Numbered from the whole stretch's first letter, positions 36,056 to 49,163 are shown. The stretch is 62,132 bases of DNA, filler included, from Hausera hauseri (GCA_046269625.1; 12 parts of 12 records of this genome joined end to end with filler, not necessarily neighbours in it); one strand, 5' to 3'. Program-made: numbers and translations. Notes: generated by a model from the sequence alone, not told the origin.

Positions 36056-37143
36056 TTAATGTAATGCCCCGACTAGCTCCACTTCTGTCGAGGCTCTGCC
36101 TTTTGGGCTTGTCGATTCTGTGATGGATTCTTCATAGTCCTCCTCAATATATGCAACGTATGCGTGCCTGCTGTTCAACCCAACTCCATATCTTTTCTCA
36201 CCATACCCCGAACGTTTCAATTTGTTGGTATACGTATTCTGTCTGCTTCTGTTTTTGTCAAATTCTGTATAGCATTCTTCTTCCCTGTTTCCTTTACTGT
36301 GACATCTGTTGCATTTAATGTTTATGCAGTTTCGTCTTATGTGTTCTTCCTGACCGCATCCATAGCATATTATTGGTTTCCTTTCAGGACAATTAGCGTT
36401 AATGTGACCTTCTTTCCCGCAACCAAAACATCTTGGTACTTGTCGTTGGTTGCATGTCCGGCTTGTGGCCCGTCTTTCTAGCACGACCAGAATTTCATCA
36501 TCCTCTTTGCCTGCGTATTGTGTGGTTTGAAATCTTTCCTTTCTTATCTTGGTTTGTAAAATTTGTGCACCACTATGTCCCGATAACTCCGTCGATTATC
36601 TTTAGTGCATTCTGTCACTTTATTTATTTTTTCCGCCTTTGTTGCCACTTTGTGAACTTTCTGTATTTTCTCTTTGATTTGTTCTAGGCTTTTTTGTCCC
36701 TGCGGTAAATTTTCTTTTTCATCTCCAGATCGTCACAGCAGTAGATCATAAATTCCTCTGTTAGCGCTTCTAGTGCTATTTTGTGACTAAAGATGCTTTT
36801 CTCCAGCTGTTCGATTTTGTTGAAGTAGGCGACCGGTTCTGCCCCACTTATTCTGTAGTCAAACGCCTTCTTTAGATCTCCGCACAGCATTGCGGGTTTT
36901 GCAGAGGCTTTTCTCAACGGTTTTGGTACCTTTTAATTTTATGGCTCACTAGATGGTATTTTTCCTGTGCTTCTTCTGCCAACAGGCACAGGACTGCAGT
37001 TTTTCGGTCCGTCTCCAACATCTTTATAAAGTCGAAGTATCTTTCGCATTTTCCAATAAAAGTTTCCACGTTGTCACCTTTCTGGAATTCTCTGGGCATC
37101 CATTTCTTCTCGAAGAAGTCTCTTAAAGCGTTGGTCGCCATGT
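36056..37143 (-). mobile_element. Frameshifted gag of a second LTR retrotransposon family with three CCHC knuckles
   Basis: CFGCGKEGHINANC, CYGCGQEEHIRRNC and CNRCHSKGNREEEC (third His lost). N-terminal FQKGDNVETFIGKCERYF. Split over three ORFs. Confidence 0.85.
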
Positions 37144-37190
37144 TAGTAGATCGCTTTTCTACCAACCCGACCTCAACGTCACTCGACGAT

Positions 37191-37360
37191 TGTAAGATAA
37201 AAATATCCACAAAAGGTTTATTATAAAAGTTTATATAACATCTATCTCCATCACTGGGGAAATGAGAATATTTTTTTCTTTTCTGAATTTCCTGACTTTC
37301 TGTTGGCTGTTTATTGAATTATGTTTATTTACTGAATATTCCTTTCAATTCCTCCTCACA
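37191..37360 (-). repeat. 170-bp LTR
   Basis: The minus strand begins TGTGAG and ends CTTACA, contains TATATAAA and AATAAA, is preceded by the polypurine tract AAAGGAGGGGA (37361-37371) and is followed by gag. Confidence 0.75.
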
Positions 37361-37901
37361 TCCCCTCCTTTAAGAAATTTCGCAGTTTTTCCATATTTCT
37401 TTCCAAGATTCTGATTCTCTCTATTAGTACGCTTTCTCCAATGTGGAATACCCTTTTTACTGGTATGTTTTCTGGATTGTTNNNNNNNNNNNNNNNNNNN
37501 NNNNNNNNNNNNNNNNNNNNNNNNNTTAATTAATTAANNNNNNNNNNNNNNNNNNNNNNNNNNNNNNNNNNNNNNNNNNNNAGACATGCATTGGATGCCA
37601 ATTTAAATGTCAATGGATAGGATACCGGTATGCATGAAAGCCAGTTTTCTGGTCTATGAATAGGATATATATTGGCAAGAAGCCAGTTTATTGATTTGTT
37701 AAGTGAGAAAAAAAAATACGATTTTATAAATTGGAAAGGGGGGGGGGGGTGGCGCTTTCAAAACGTGGTGACGAAATGTGAGAAAGTGAAACACAGGCAC
37801 AACGGATCAACATAGAACTAAAATAGATTGGCGTTGTTCTTACATATTCAGTGTTTGCAGGAACCACACACATAAATGTAACACGTTCTCTGTTTTATGA
37901 G

Positions 37902-38013
37902 CAGGGCTGCGGAGTCGGAGAGTTAAGAGCATTTTGTGGGGTTGCCGGAGTCAAGAGTCAGAAGCTTCGCAAAAAGAGGAATCGGGGATTTTTTGACCGA
38001 CTCCGCAGCACTG
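37902..38013. mobile_element. hAT-type MITE, 112 bp
   Basis: 17-bp TIRs CAGGGCTGCGGAGTCGG / CCGACTCCGCAGCACTG (16/17 match) and 8-bp TSD TTTATGAG / ATTATGAG (7/8 match). Confidence 0.88.
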
Positions 38014-38057
38014 ATTATGAGAAGAGGTTAGCGCTATAGGGAGACAACTGTACTTAC

Positions 38058-41000
38058 TGGAACCTGGACCTTTGGCTAAATCAATAAATGCGGCCTTGTT
38101 AGCGATTGGAGCACTGCGACTTCCTCTGGCCCTGTCTGGGATTATATCGGGAGCATTTCGAGCGGGTGCTGCTTTCCTGTTAAGTCTTTTCCCGGTGTCT
38201 CCTGCTTGGAATTCTCTGTTTTGAGAAGAATCTCGGTTCCTGGCAATTTCACTTTCCTTTTTGGTTTGCATCTCGCGCCATTTATTTCTTGCGCCGTGAT
38301 TGTCGTAAACCTGATTGTGAGCGTAAGAGCTCTCCTCCGCGTGTCTCATGCTTTGTCCTGCTGAAGCAGTTTCGGGTGCTCTTGTCGTCTCATGATTCCC
38401 ACCAGATTCCATCGGTCTTATATCGTCATCCCGCCTGAAAGAAAATGGGGCCCACGCCCCTGGTTCCAGATCTCTGTTAATGTCCTCAGCATAATCGTCC
38501 TTATTTGCCACGTTCTCGCGGCAAACTATGCCGCCAACTGTCTTGATTTCAGGTACACCAGATGTTTCTGCAGCTTCCATTTCAATTTTCTGCTCAAAAC
38601 TATACGTTTCTTCATCAGGCATATAAAATCCCCTTTCTGGACTCTTGCTACGGACGTAGCTGAAGTAGCTATCGGCTTCGTCCGGTGGAGGTTTTACCGG
38701 TGGCTGCCTTGGTCTCTGTGGTTCTTCAAAGTGCACGCTCGACTGCCTGTGTTCGTATTTTCGCCAAGGTTCGTTAGTTAAGTACGTGCTGGATTCAGAA
38801 TACGAGGACGTGTCTTGCACGAAACTCGCCTGCTGAGGAAGATGTTCTCTCGGAGGATCGAATATCGCAGACGACGATCGCCTGGCAGCAGCAGGTGGTG
38901 CGTAAAATGAGTAGTAACTATCGTCGACGAATGTAGAGGAGGTGTTTCTCGGCGGTTGCTGATTACCATACTGCTGATTGCCATACTGCTGACTGCCATA
39001 CTGCTGACCTCCATACCAGTTTTCTTGCGGAGGCGGCCTGCTGAGGTTTGGTTGCTCCTGCACGTTGGGCCGAATATTCTGTGCGCCAAATGAGCCGGTG
39101 TAAATATCATCAAAGTGATTGTTGTTCGTGTCTGGCTGCGTTTTCTCCCATGTTTGACGATTACAGTTGTTTGTTTTGTTGACTTTAGGCCGCACTGTGC
39201 TGGTGTAATAATCATCATAGTACTGCCAGCTAAACACCGATACCTCCGATATCGGTTCAATTTTTCTAACCACTTTCTCAGGTGTATCATTTTTGTGTTC
39301 CTGTGGTAGTCCGTTGAAACCACTGTACCAAATACTATCTCCACTAGAGGCATCCCTCGGAGATGGCGAGAATGAACATTTTTGGGGTTCTTCAGTGTTG
39401 TCATATTTCAAGAAATCGAACACCGGGCATGTTTTTTCAATGGTTCTAACATGAAACTCAGGTCACATTCCGGGATCATAGAAAATGTACAGGGGTTCTA
39501 CACTTTTGATAACAACAGTCCCTTGATTGAAGGAGTTTTCGAAGTCGTCTAGACCATTCCAGTTATTACTATTTTTGGAATAGTCGTAGCAGGCGTTGTC
39601 ACCGTAAGTCACAACAGAATTCGACAGACACTCCCAAGCTGAATCATTACTTCTAACCGTAATGGCGCTCATGCGTTCTTCCACCTGATGAACGTGTACA
39701 AGTACTGACTTTTCCATCGTTCTCCATTTCGGCTGATAAATCAGCTTCCCTAATTCCTTTCATTTGTGCTATCAGCTGAGTATTCTGATCGCTGTTAAAA
39801 ATACTCCCGCTATAAATGTCGAACTCGCTTGGTTCACGCTTCGATGCAACATTAGCTTCCAAGTAGATGTGGCTGGAAGATTCCTCGGCACAGCTACCTC
39901 GACTTGCCTTGCCATCGCTGTCGTAGAATGGATCATCTTTGTAATAGCTTCGCTTCTCGTGCTGATGGAACTGTGTGAGATGGTCGAAGTGCTGACATCC
40001 CCACTCATAGTGTAGATATCTCTGGAGACGCTAGTGAGGTCGTGATAAGGTGGTAACTGTGCACGAGTGGTTTGGCGTTTGGCTAGGTGGTAATTCAACC
40101 CGGTATCTACGTCCGCCTCTGTGTACATCGACTGCCTGCGAGAAAATACGTGCTCCCATGATCCAGAGCTTTTCATCAGTGCTTCATCTGAAAAGCTGCT
40201 CTTCGCCATTGTTATCAAATGAAAGCTTGTGCTGGATTTACTTTCCAGTGAACGATCTCTTTATATCAAGGTTCTGTCACCTGAAGATGATGCACGACAC
40301 GGACTGTACCTATGACTTTCCTTCTCGTTTGAAATATCAGACTGGCCAAACGTTTCAACACGATCGTGGTAATCAATCTCATCGTCGAAAGCAGAATTAT
40401 CATCATGTAGAACAGCCTTCACTACATCATTCCCAAGCTGGTTGTTTCCTTTACTGGGATCGGTGTAGCAGTAGTAGCTTTCCTCATCGATGTTAGCGTC
40501 ACACTGATCTTCAATTAACCCATCCTCTTCAATACAGGGAGATAACTGAGTCTCTAACCCATGACTATAGTATTTCCTGCTATCGAAATAAGACTTGTTT
40601 TGTGAATGCGACAGCCCGACGTCCATTTCTGTATTAGATTCGGCCGCATCTTTTACATTGTCAGAAGGAATCTCCTTGCTATAATACTCTGTTGTTTGGT
40701 ATCCGAAAGTGTCCATGGAAAACTCTTTTTGGAGAAAAGGATCGCTAGAGTATACTTTTGACTGCTTTTTTGTCACCGAAAATCCACGCTCTTGGTTTCT
40801 TGCCATGGACATAGTTCCAGCAGAAGAATTGTCTCTTCTTTGTTTGCAGCCTTCATCCTCACTCTCGATGACGGACCATGATATGCTCCTGTGAGGCTCA
40901 TCTCGTTTAACGAGCGTATGTTGATTCCCATCATAAGATGTCGACCGTTTCTTGGTGAATGAAACTGTAGGCAGCACAGGGTTATCCTCTCTCCATCTTT

Positions 41001-41990
41001 CTGAAAGAGTTTCAAACACCTCTTGATCCCTCTTTCTCTCGCTGAGGCTGTTTTCTTTTCTTAAAGCTGAAGCTTTATTTGTTTTCACCAGAAGTTTTGT
41101 ATTGGATCTGTTGGTCTTTACATCGCCTTCTCCTGCAGCAATGTCTCTTTTTGACAAATGGTTCTTATAAGGGGCCGTAACGCTGCGAAGGAACACAGCT
41201 CTTCGGCATTTTCCATCATCACCTTTTTTGCTGTCTAAACTGCACGGAGGATCTACCGATGTTCCTTCACGGATAACTTTTTGCCTGGAAATGTTAACCG
41301 TTTGCGATTCTTCCTGATCCAGTGACGAGACGTCAATATCCACGTCCATATCATTGATTGTTTTGCTTCTGTTTCGGTGAAACTCGTAACCTTTCTTGTG
41401 TTCGTTATTTTCATTCTTCTTACTTGCTATACTTTGCTGGAGAGGGCTGGTGCGGAGATCACCATCTGTCCTTGCTCTTTCTACACGCGCAAGTTGTTTA
41501 ATGAAAATTTTAGTCTTTGACTTCTCTAGCTTAGCCATTCTGTTACTTTTATCACCATTCTGAATTAGGAACGGTTTAGCTTCCTTTTCTAAAGAGAAGG
41601 AGTCACCAACCATGTTTGAAACATCTGCATAAGGGGTTACGGACGATGACTCGCAGGCACTGGCCTTCGTTTTACCCATCAGATACATTGATGAACGTCC
41701 GCATTTCTCTTCTAAACATGTACCAACACGCCCATCATAAGACATGCTTTTGTTTAGTAAAGTCTTTGAACGCCCTTTTTGGGGATTCATCAAGTTGATC
41801 TCAGTCATGTATCGATGCAGCGGCACGCCTGGGACACTTCTATGGACCACGCCATCTGCTGGCGGCACACGTTTAGTGTCATCACAGTCCTTCTTCAAGT
41901 TCGGATTCCGAATATCTCCTTCGCTTATTTCCGGCTCGGGACTGATAAGGAGTATTTTCTTGACACTATTAGCGATACATTGAGCGTATG
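38058..41990 (-). CDS. Very large exon(s) of an unknown low-complexity Ser/Glu/Lys/Gln-rich animal protein, with apparent frameshifts
   Basis: Successive minus-strand ORFs of 545, 148, 69, 84 and 490 aa with disordered composition and QQYG repeats; GTAAGT donor at 38057. Confidence 0.55.
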
Positions 41991-42188
41991 CTTTCAGTTC
42001 ATCTAGCGGACCGTTGCGGTTTGCATCCTGCCCGATTCGAATCCTACAGTTTTTGCAGAGAACACATCCACGGGTTAGTTGTTCATTCNNNNNNNNNNNN
42101 NNNNNNNNNNNNNNNNNNNNNNNNNNNNNNNNTTAATTAATTAANNNNNNNNNNNNNNNNNNNNNNNNNNNNNNNNNNNNNNNNNNNN

Positions 42189-43053
42189 CATTTTTACATA
42201 AATACGTCCCACACTGTAGCCAGTTAACTGCTCCTTTCGCTCAACGAAGAGCACGGCCTAAGAAAAAGCTCATATATTGGAGACCATCACTAGTTAACCA
42301 GTTCGATGAACTCCGTGAAAAGCTGAAAACAGTCGAGATTCTTGCTTACCCAAAACCAGATGCTGATCTTATTTTAACAACCGACGCATCAACTACAGCA
42401 CTAGAAGCGGTTCTTCATCAAATATCGCAAGGTATAAACAAACCGTTAGAATTTTTTCACGCAAGCTGCAGCCACAAGAAAGCCGCTATTCTACCTTCGA
42501 TAGAGAACATCTGGCTATTGTTTTAGCTCTGAAACATTTTTCACACTTGCTTATCGCTCGTTCCTTCACACACAGTTACAATACTCAAAAATGATAAAGA
42601 GCAAAACGTACACATAACTAACGTAAAACCTGCATTTTTCGTTAATAACACGCCGGATCCAACAACTAACACTGCACATACATTCCTTGACTCCTTCAAT
42701 CCTTCTTCTGTTCTACCTTCACGACAACCTGCCATTCCAAAACCCGCATCAATTCAAAAGACTATGCAAAACGACATACCGACTAGTTCTCAAGTTGCTA
42801 ACACTTCAAATCAAAATTTAATTTCCTCCCAACCAATTCAGCAAGCAATCAAACAACACATTAAGACACAAATACAGCAGAGAACAGAATTTCGACAAAA
42901 TTCAACGCCTTGTTCATACAAAGATGCAATAACTCATAAAAGTATTCTTTTCACGTTTTTCTTTTTTCACTGTTTTGTCTTCTTGCTTTCGCCCCGATAG
43001 TATCATTTTATAACGGGGGTGGTGTGGTTTCGCGGACTCGGGCGCCATCCACA
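42189..43053 (+). mobile_element. Internally deleted Gypsy element, copy C: RT connection/RNase H, integrase tail, PPT, short TG..CA unit
   Basis: LILTTDASTTA, SRKLQPQESRYSTFDRE and ALKHFSHLL are close to copy B. The sequence then jumps to VHITNVKPAF, and GGGGGTGG precedes TGTGG at 43023. Confidence 0.8.
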
Positions 43054-44227
43054 ATCCATATTATTACGAAGTTATCAAAGAACCCATCAATTTACGGAAA
43101 ATTGCTCGGTAAATGCGAAAAACTGACTGAATCGATACTATGAAACCCGTCACGAGGCACTTTTGCAATGGACTGTTTATCGGGTACAGATCAAATAGGA
43201 AGTCCGTTAAAGAGATCTGTTTTCAATAAGAAAGCAAGAAAAAGTAAAGAGACTATTGTTCATCGCCACGTTTGAACGATACTCCAAAACACAAACCAGA
43301 TTACATAAATTCTCCAAATCCATTTGGCAAAGATTGTATCAAAGATTCTTCAATTCCATTTACTGAATGTTTGATTAATTTACTGGGTATAGGTGGGAAA
43401 TAACTGTCAAAATTATATCAAGACGTTGATACAAATCCTATGATTAAAGCATCCGAAAGTTCTGTTGATGCTAAAAGTTTTTAAATACTTCCCAATTAAT
43501 ATTTCGCTGATTTGAAATCCGACAAATTCCAAATTCAAGGACAAAAAAATTTAAAGGAACATTTTTCTGGTGACAAAAGACAACGGGATGAAACTATAGG
43601 GGACCGTTTTCATCCGAATGATCAAAAAGCAAGTTTTTCATCAAAACGATCTATTAAAAATGAGAAAAATAATTCGAAATTAATTACGGAATTAAATTTA
43701 CGACGGAATCAACGTGAGTTTTATTTACGACAGAGACATGTTGAAATTTCAGAATTCAATAATGACGACGATGATTTCATTGCCAAGTTTAAAGATGTCA
43801 ATTGGACTAAAAATTCTTCAGAAAAAGTAACGAAAATTTCAAATAGAAAACCGCATTGTTCTTTGTGCATGTGACTGTAAATGTGTTGGTGATTTGTATT
43901 TAAGCTTTGTAATGTTATTGTTGATTGTGTTTAAAAGTGTATTTTTGTTTTAATATTCACGACAGAAATAGAAATTTTTTGAATTTAAAAATTTGAGGAA
44001 AGTTCATAATTGTTCTAGATTGTGAAATAAAGTCTATCTACACGTATTCATGTTTTCAAGTGAATTTTTTGAAAAAGACAAGGTATATAATGATGTTAGA
44101 ATATCAGCAAACGCAGTCTGATTCCGGATTAAACATTCTCGTTCAAGTTGTGCGTTGTACCAGACGATATCCAAGATGATTTCAAATCACTATTTACATT
44201 ATAGCTCCAGATGCTACCTTTGGTGAC

Positions 44228-44440
44228 ATGCCAGAAGATCTGATAAACATTAATCCAATAGCTGTGACAAACGATGATTTGTTTGGAACAATTAATCCTG
44301 TTATAAGAGAATGGAAAGACGATCTGTTTTCTACGGTAATGCGAAACCTTACAAACATTAGCTATACTGAACCGAAATGGATTGTTCTCTACGGCCATAT
44401 TTATCCGATGTGGATTGAATCTCTTAATACTGTAATGAAC
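44228..44440 (+). pseudogene. Axonemal dynein heavy chain AAA2 fragment
   Basis: NPIAVTNDDLFGTINPVIREWKDDLFS...[22 protein letters not shown] matches dynein WKDG...[23 protein letters not shown], with the conserved Asp/Gly residues mutated. Confidence 0.88.
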
Positions 44441-44599
44441 TCCACATTGTCGATTAAAACTCACCAGTTTCAAATTCTCAGTATAATGAGTTTATTACGA
44501 AGACGGCTCAAATCGGTTATATTTTACGAGACTTATACGATACTGTACCGGAACAGAAAAATGCTATCAATGTTTCCCAGCATTTCGTAGCACCATTTA

Positions 44600-45725
44600 C
44601 CAAGAATTTAGTTCGAAAGAAATACGTCGAATTCCATAGTATAGTCCATTTCGACACGGCTGTGAATCCGGGTAAAATTTATAGCCATCTGTTAGACGGA
44701 AAGTATTTAACGACGTTTGCCTTCATTCAGGATATTCTTCAGATGTTGTTCAACATTGAATCCTATGCCGCCAAACAAAGTAACATCGGGAAATGTACCA
44801 AGAGAATTAAGCCGATTTATAAGGAATTGAAAACGAATTCCATCGCATTGTTCGAAACATTGACCAACGAAAGTATGGACGAAAGAGACAAACAGAAACT
44901 CCTGTTAAATAATCTGACGCAAATCTCGAACGCTATTGCCGCAACTAAATCCTCCGTTTCGGATTTAGAATCATCGGATACCGGTGCAACACCGAAAAAT
45001 AAAAAGCATAAACAAAACTGTGCGGGCTTAGCAACGAATACCCGGGGACGTTTGGAAAAGAGTGCAGAAATCATCAAGTGTATCCTTGGATTTCTCGTTA
45101 AACCCGGTCATGTTATGGTGCAGTGCAATCGGTACTTCGTCTGGCAACATGCGTATTGCAGAAACGCGGCACGGTCTGCCAAATTGGAACTGTATCATTG
45201 TCACAATTATTTGAATTTGTCTCTCGAATCTTTGGTACGAGAAATTCCACGGCATTTTGTAATTACGGACAAAACGGTGGATTCAGGAAACACTTTATTT
45301 TGGACGCTTTTAAATTCGAACAACATCGTGAAAATTGACGACCTTGCATACATCTAAAAATGGAATGAAACCAATTAACACAAAAGGTAAGGCCAGATTG
45401 TCACCATCTGGTTCACCGAGATTGCCGATTAACTTGTCGAAATTAACATCACTTCGAACATATAATCTTTGGAAAGACTCTACTGGTCAACGATGGATGG
45501 AAAGGGGCCTTTTCGTACGACCGTAGGATGAACAACTTAAACGACTTGTTGACAGTAAGTCTGGAAAGATTCCCGGTAAAAGAAAGTTATCATCAGTCAT
45601 TGATCTCAATACATAAATGGTACCAATCAGAGTTCATTTACACGGACATAACGAAAGTTTTACCGGCTGACGTTGTGGTTGGACATTGTCACGTTCTGAA
45701 TGTTCACATGTTTAAACAAGAGTAG
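44600..45725 (+). pseudogene. ASH1L: ASH1L/Ash1 C-terminal bromo-PHD-BAH fragment, decayed
   Basis: Bromodomain tail (GKYLTTFAFIQDILQML), PHD remnant (IIKCILG...MVQCNRYFVWQHAYC) and BAH (NLWKDSTGQRW...RP, VVVGHCHVLN) in ASH1L order, with lost cysteines, stops and frameshifts. Confidence 0.75.
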
Positions 45726-45777
45726 GGGATGTTAGAACACTGGGCCAATATAAATTTCCTATCTCGAGACCACCCAG

Positions 45778-45980
45778 GATTGGAAATCAATAATCAATGT
45801 TTTTATATGGTAAAAATTTGGAAATCAATATTTTATATGGAAAAATTTGGCCCAGCCGTGGTTTAACTATTCCCACCCCTAAAAATCAATTGGCCCAGCC
45901 GTGGTTTTACTATTCCAACCCCCGATATTTTATATGGGAAAATTTGGCCCAGCCGTGGTTTCACTATTCCCACCCCCAAT
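45778..45980 (+). repeat. Tandem repeat
   Basis: TTGGCCCAGCCGTGGTTT.ACTATTCC.ACCCC three times, interleaved with TTTTATATGG.AAAATTTGG three times. Confidence 0.85.
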
Positions 45981-46232
45981 TTGTTTAAATTTTGCAAATT
46001 TCATATAAATGCACCTATGTCACTTGTGAATAAAAATTTGTCAACATTTAAATGTACAAAACATAAGACAAAGAAGTCTGTACAAATATTTATTAATATA
46101 ACAAATACAATCAAATATTTACACATTTGTACNNNNNNNNNNNNNNNNNNNNNNNNNNNNNNNNNNNNNNNNNNNNTTAATTAATTAANNNNNNNNNNNN
46201 NNNNNNNNNNNNNNNNNNNNNNNNNNNNNNNN

Positions 46233-49163
46233 AATCAGCAACTAAATTGTTAACTCCGTTAATATGTTTAATATCGAAGTTAAATGTCGATAAGTATGAT
46301 ATTTGTCGTGCTTGGCGTGTGTTTCATGGCCATGATGTTAAGTAAAGGCTTGTGATCAGTTTGTAGAGTGAAATGACGAGCGACAAGCAGGTGTGAGAAG
46401 TGCTTTAAAGCGAGAACAATTGACAACAGTTCTCGATCAAATGTGGAATATCTGGTTTCAGGTGCGATTAGTTTGCGAGAGAAAATTTCTAATGGTTGGT
46501 TTTCTCCCTTGTAGATTTGGTGAAGTACAGCGCCTACAGCAGTGGTTGACGCGTCTGTAGTAAGGATAAGTTCTGCATCAGGCATGGGAAAGGCTAGAAT
46601 ATCTACGGTTTTGATTCCGTCACGTAGCTTGTCAAATTTGTCAACCAATTTAGGTGCCCATTGGATTGGTTGATGTTTTTTGCCGCCGCCTAAGTGTGCG
46701 AATGGTGCTGTCAATTCCGAGCAGTATGAGACGTATTTATGTACAAAGTGTAGTGTGCCAAGGAAGCTACGCATTTCGGTGGTCGTATGTGGCAACTGGA
46801 TGTTTTTAAGAGCTTCAACTCGGTCTGACTGGGGAGAATGACCGCCTGGTGTAATAACGTGGTCTAAAAGGTTAATGCGCTTTTTGAAAAAGTGGCATTC
46901 GTCAAAATTGATTTGGAGGTTGTGGTGGTTGAGACGTTGGAATATTGCACGAAGGTGTTCCTCGTGTTGTTTGGCCGAAAATGAAACGACTAGAATATCG
47001 TCCATATAATGGTGTGCAAACGGGAAATCTGCAAGAACTGAATCAATGTGCCGCTAAAAAGTTTGTGCGGCATTCCGTAAACCAAATGGCATGAATGGGT
47101 ATTCATAGAGACCAAAAGGAGTAATTACTGCAGTTTTTTCTGTCTTCGAGTGCTACCGGTATTTAATGGTATGCTTTAGCTAGATCAATGGTTCAATAGA
47201 TGGTGGTTGAATTAAGATGATGCAAGATATCCTTGATGAGTGGTAAAGAATATGCGTCCATGATAGTCAAGTTATTCAACTGCCGGTAGTCACCGCATGG
47301 TCTAAAAGTACTGTCCTTCTTGTACAACGTGTAACGGTGATGACCAAGGAGATTTGGAACGGCGTACTATGCCGGAACGTTCTAGTTCGAGAAATTCGGC
47401 TTCTACGACCTGTCTACGACGAGAAGACAGAGGCCGTACTTTTTGGAGTATTGGACGTTGGTGCTGTGTGACTATGTGGTGTAAAGTGCTGTTTCCGGGA
47501 ATAAAGAAACGGTATTTTTTAAGTACGCGTGGACAAGATGTGTTGACGAAGTGTTGTAAAGTTGTAGGTAACTGAGAGATTTGGTGAAGACGGTGAAACG
47601 GCTTGAGTAGTTGCAGATGCAATTTGTGAGTTGTTGGGTGATGTGCAGTCAAGTGGTATTTGGTGTAAGATGATTGAATTGAAGATTGTGTTAAATGAAG
47701 TTACTTCGCTGAATGGAACAATGTTGGTGGCAGTACCACACTCATCGACATCAAATCTCGATCGTATATCCATATTATTTCTGAAAATTTTACGAATAGA
47801 ATTATTGATATAAAAAATCGAAATTTTCATTGACTTTTTTAAGATTGACTTCCGCATTCCGGTCGACCGCGCGGTAATCGAAACGCTATTTATATGTCCA
47901 AAAATGTTGCCAACGGTGCCTCCCCTCAAGCATCGCTGACTGCAGTCAACCAGCAATTAGTAATGTGAGAGAAAGTCAGATCCTAGAATTGCCGACTGGA
48001 CGTTAGCGACTGTGAACGTCCAGTGGAAGGATGAAAGAAAATTTGGCAGAGTGAAAGATAATGTAATCGTGCCAGAAATGTGCAGCGGTTGGCCTCAAGC
48101 AGTGTATACAGATTTAATCTTGAATGGAGTATTTTGTGTAGGAAAGTATTGTGTTAATAGAGAAATTGCTACACCTGTATCAATGAGAAAGTCAACAGAT
48201 TGTGTTGTAGGGGCAGTGATTGCAGCTTTTAGAGTAGACTGCAAAAGAGACGTGTCGGCGTGCGGAATGTGAAGCAGTGCCTTTACCAGAGTTTGCCGTG
48301 ACCTCTGGCGGCAAACTTAGTTTTTTTGCAAAGATGAACTGGGATGACTGTGAGAAGTGAAGGCAGTACGTCTGTCGTTCGTATTGGATTTTAAGGTGCA
48401 GCCGGGGATACATTTATGTGCTTGATTTTTGAATCTTGCATGGTTCTGTCTGTTTTAATACCGCGTCGAATAATTGGGCATAAGGGTCAGTGTTGAAAGA
48501 TGTCTAGTAAATTATTGATTGAGCCTTTATGGAGTTTGGGAATAGATAATGTAGGCTGTGGGCTTTGGATAAGGAGTCTGTGATACCGTTGGACTGTAAC
48601 CAGAGTTGATGGAAGTGGAGCCACGTTTTACTGAAATTTTCATTATCTATGAAGCATTCAGTGCAATGTGTAGAAGTATTGATAGGATTTTTGTTTGAAG
48701 AATTTGCGTCGGTTAAAGTGGGTGGAAGATTTGGTTTGGTGTAGTAGAGAATGGATATTGCCTTTTTTGTGGTGGTTGTATCCGTGGTGTCAATGGTTGG
48801 CGAAGTGTTCATGCCACCACGGATACGGAAATGTATGTTAAAGCAAGCCTGATTTGAAAAAGGTAAAGTTTAGTTGAGCTGGATTATAGCGCCGTTTTGA
48901 GTGAGGTAAAAGTCGGGAAAACCAAGGAAAGAAATGCAGGTCTAAAGGTTGGGAATGTGTGGACGTGTTGTATTGAGGGTATAAATGTTTATTGTTAAAA
49001 AAAATGGAAGTGGGAGCCATAGTGCACCTGGGGGCGTGATGTGAGGGCGACGCCAAAGGCGCCGTCCGACCGACCGGCGCAGGGTTGGCGGTCGGGGCTT
49101 CCGCCCGGCCGTGCGGGCACAAAAATGCAGGGTGCCCGAGTTTCCCCTCAAAAGTGTGGCCAT
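46233..49163 (-). mobile_element. Decayed Gypsy element, copy B: leader, deleted gag, protease, RT, RNase H
   Basis: [22 protein letters not shown] (then a stop), YMDDILV, TDAS, YSTFDREL and TDHKPL; protease FLIDTG near 48170; homologous to copy A. Confidence 0.92.
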
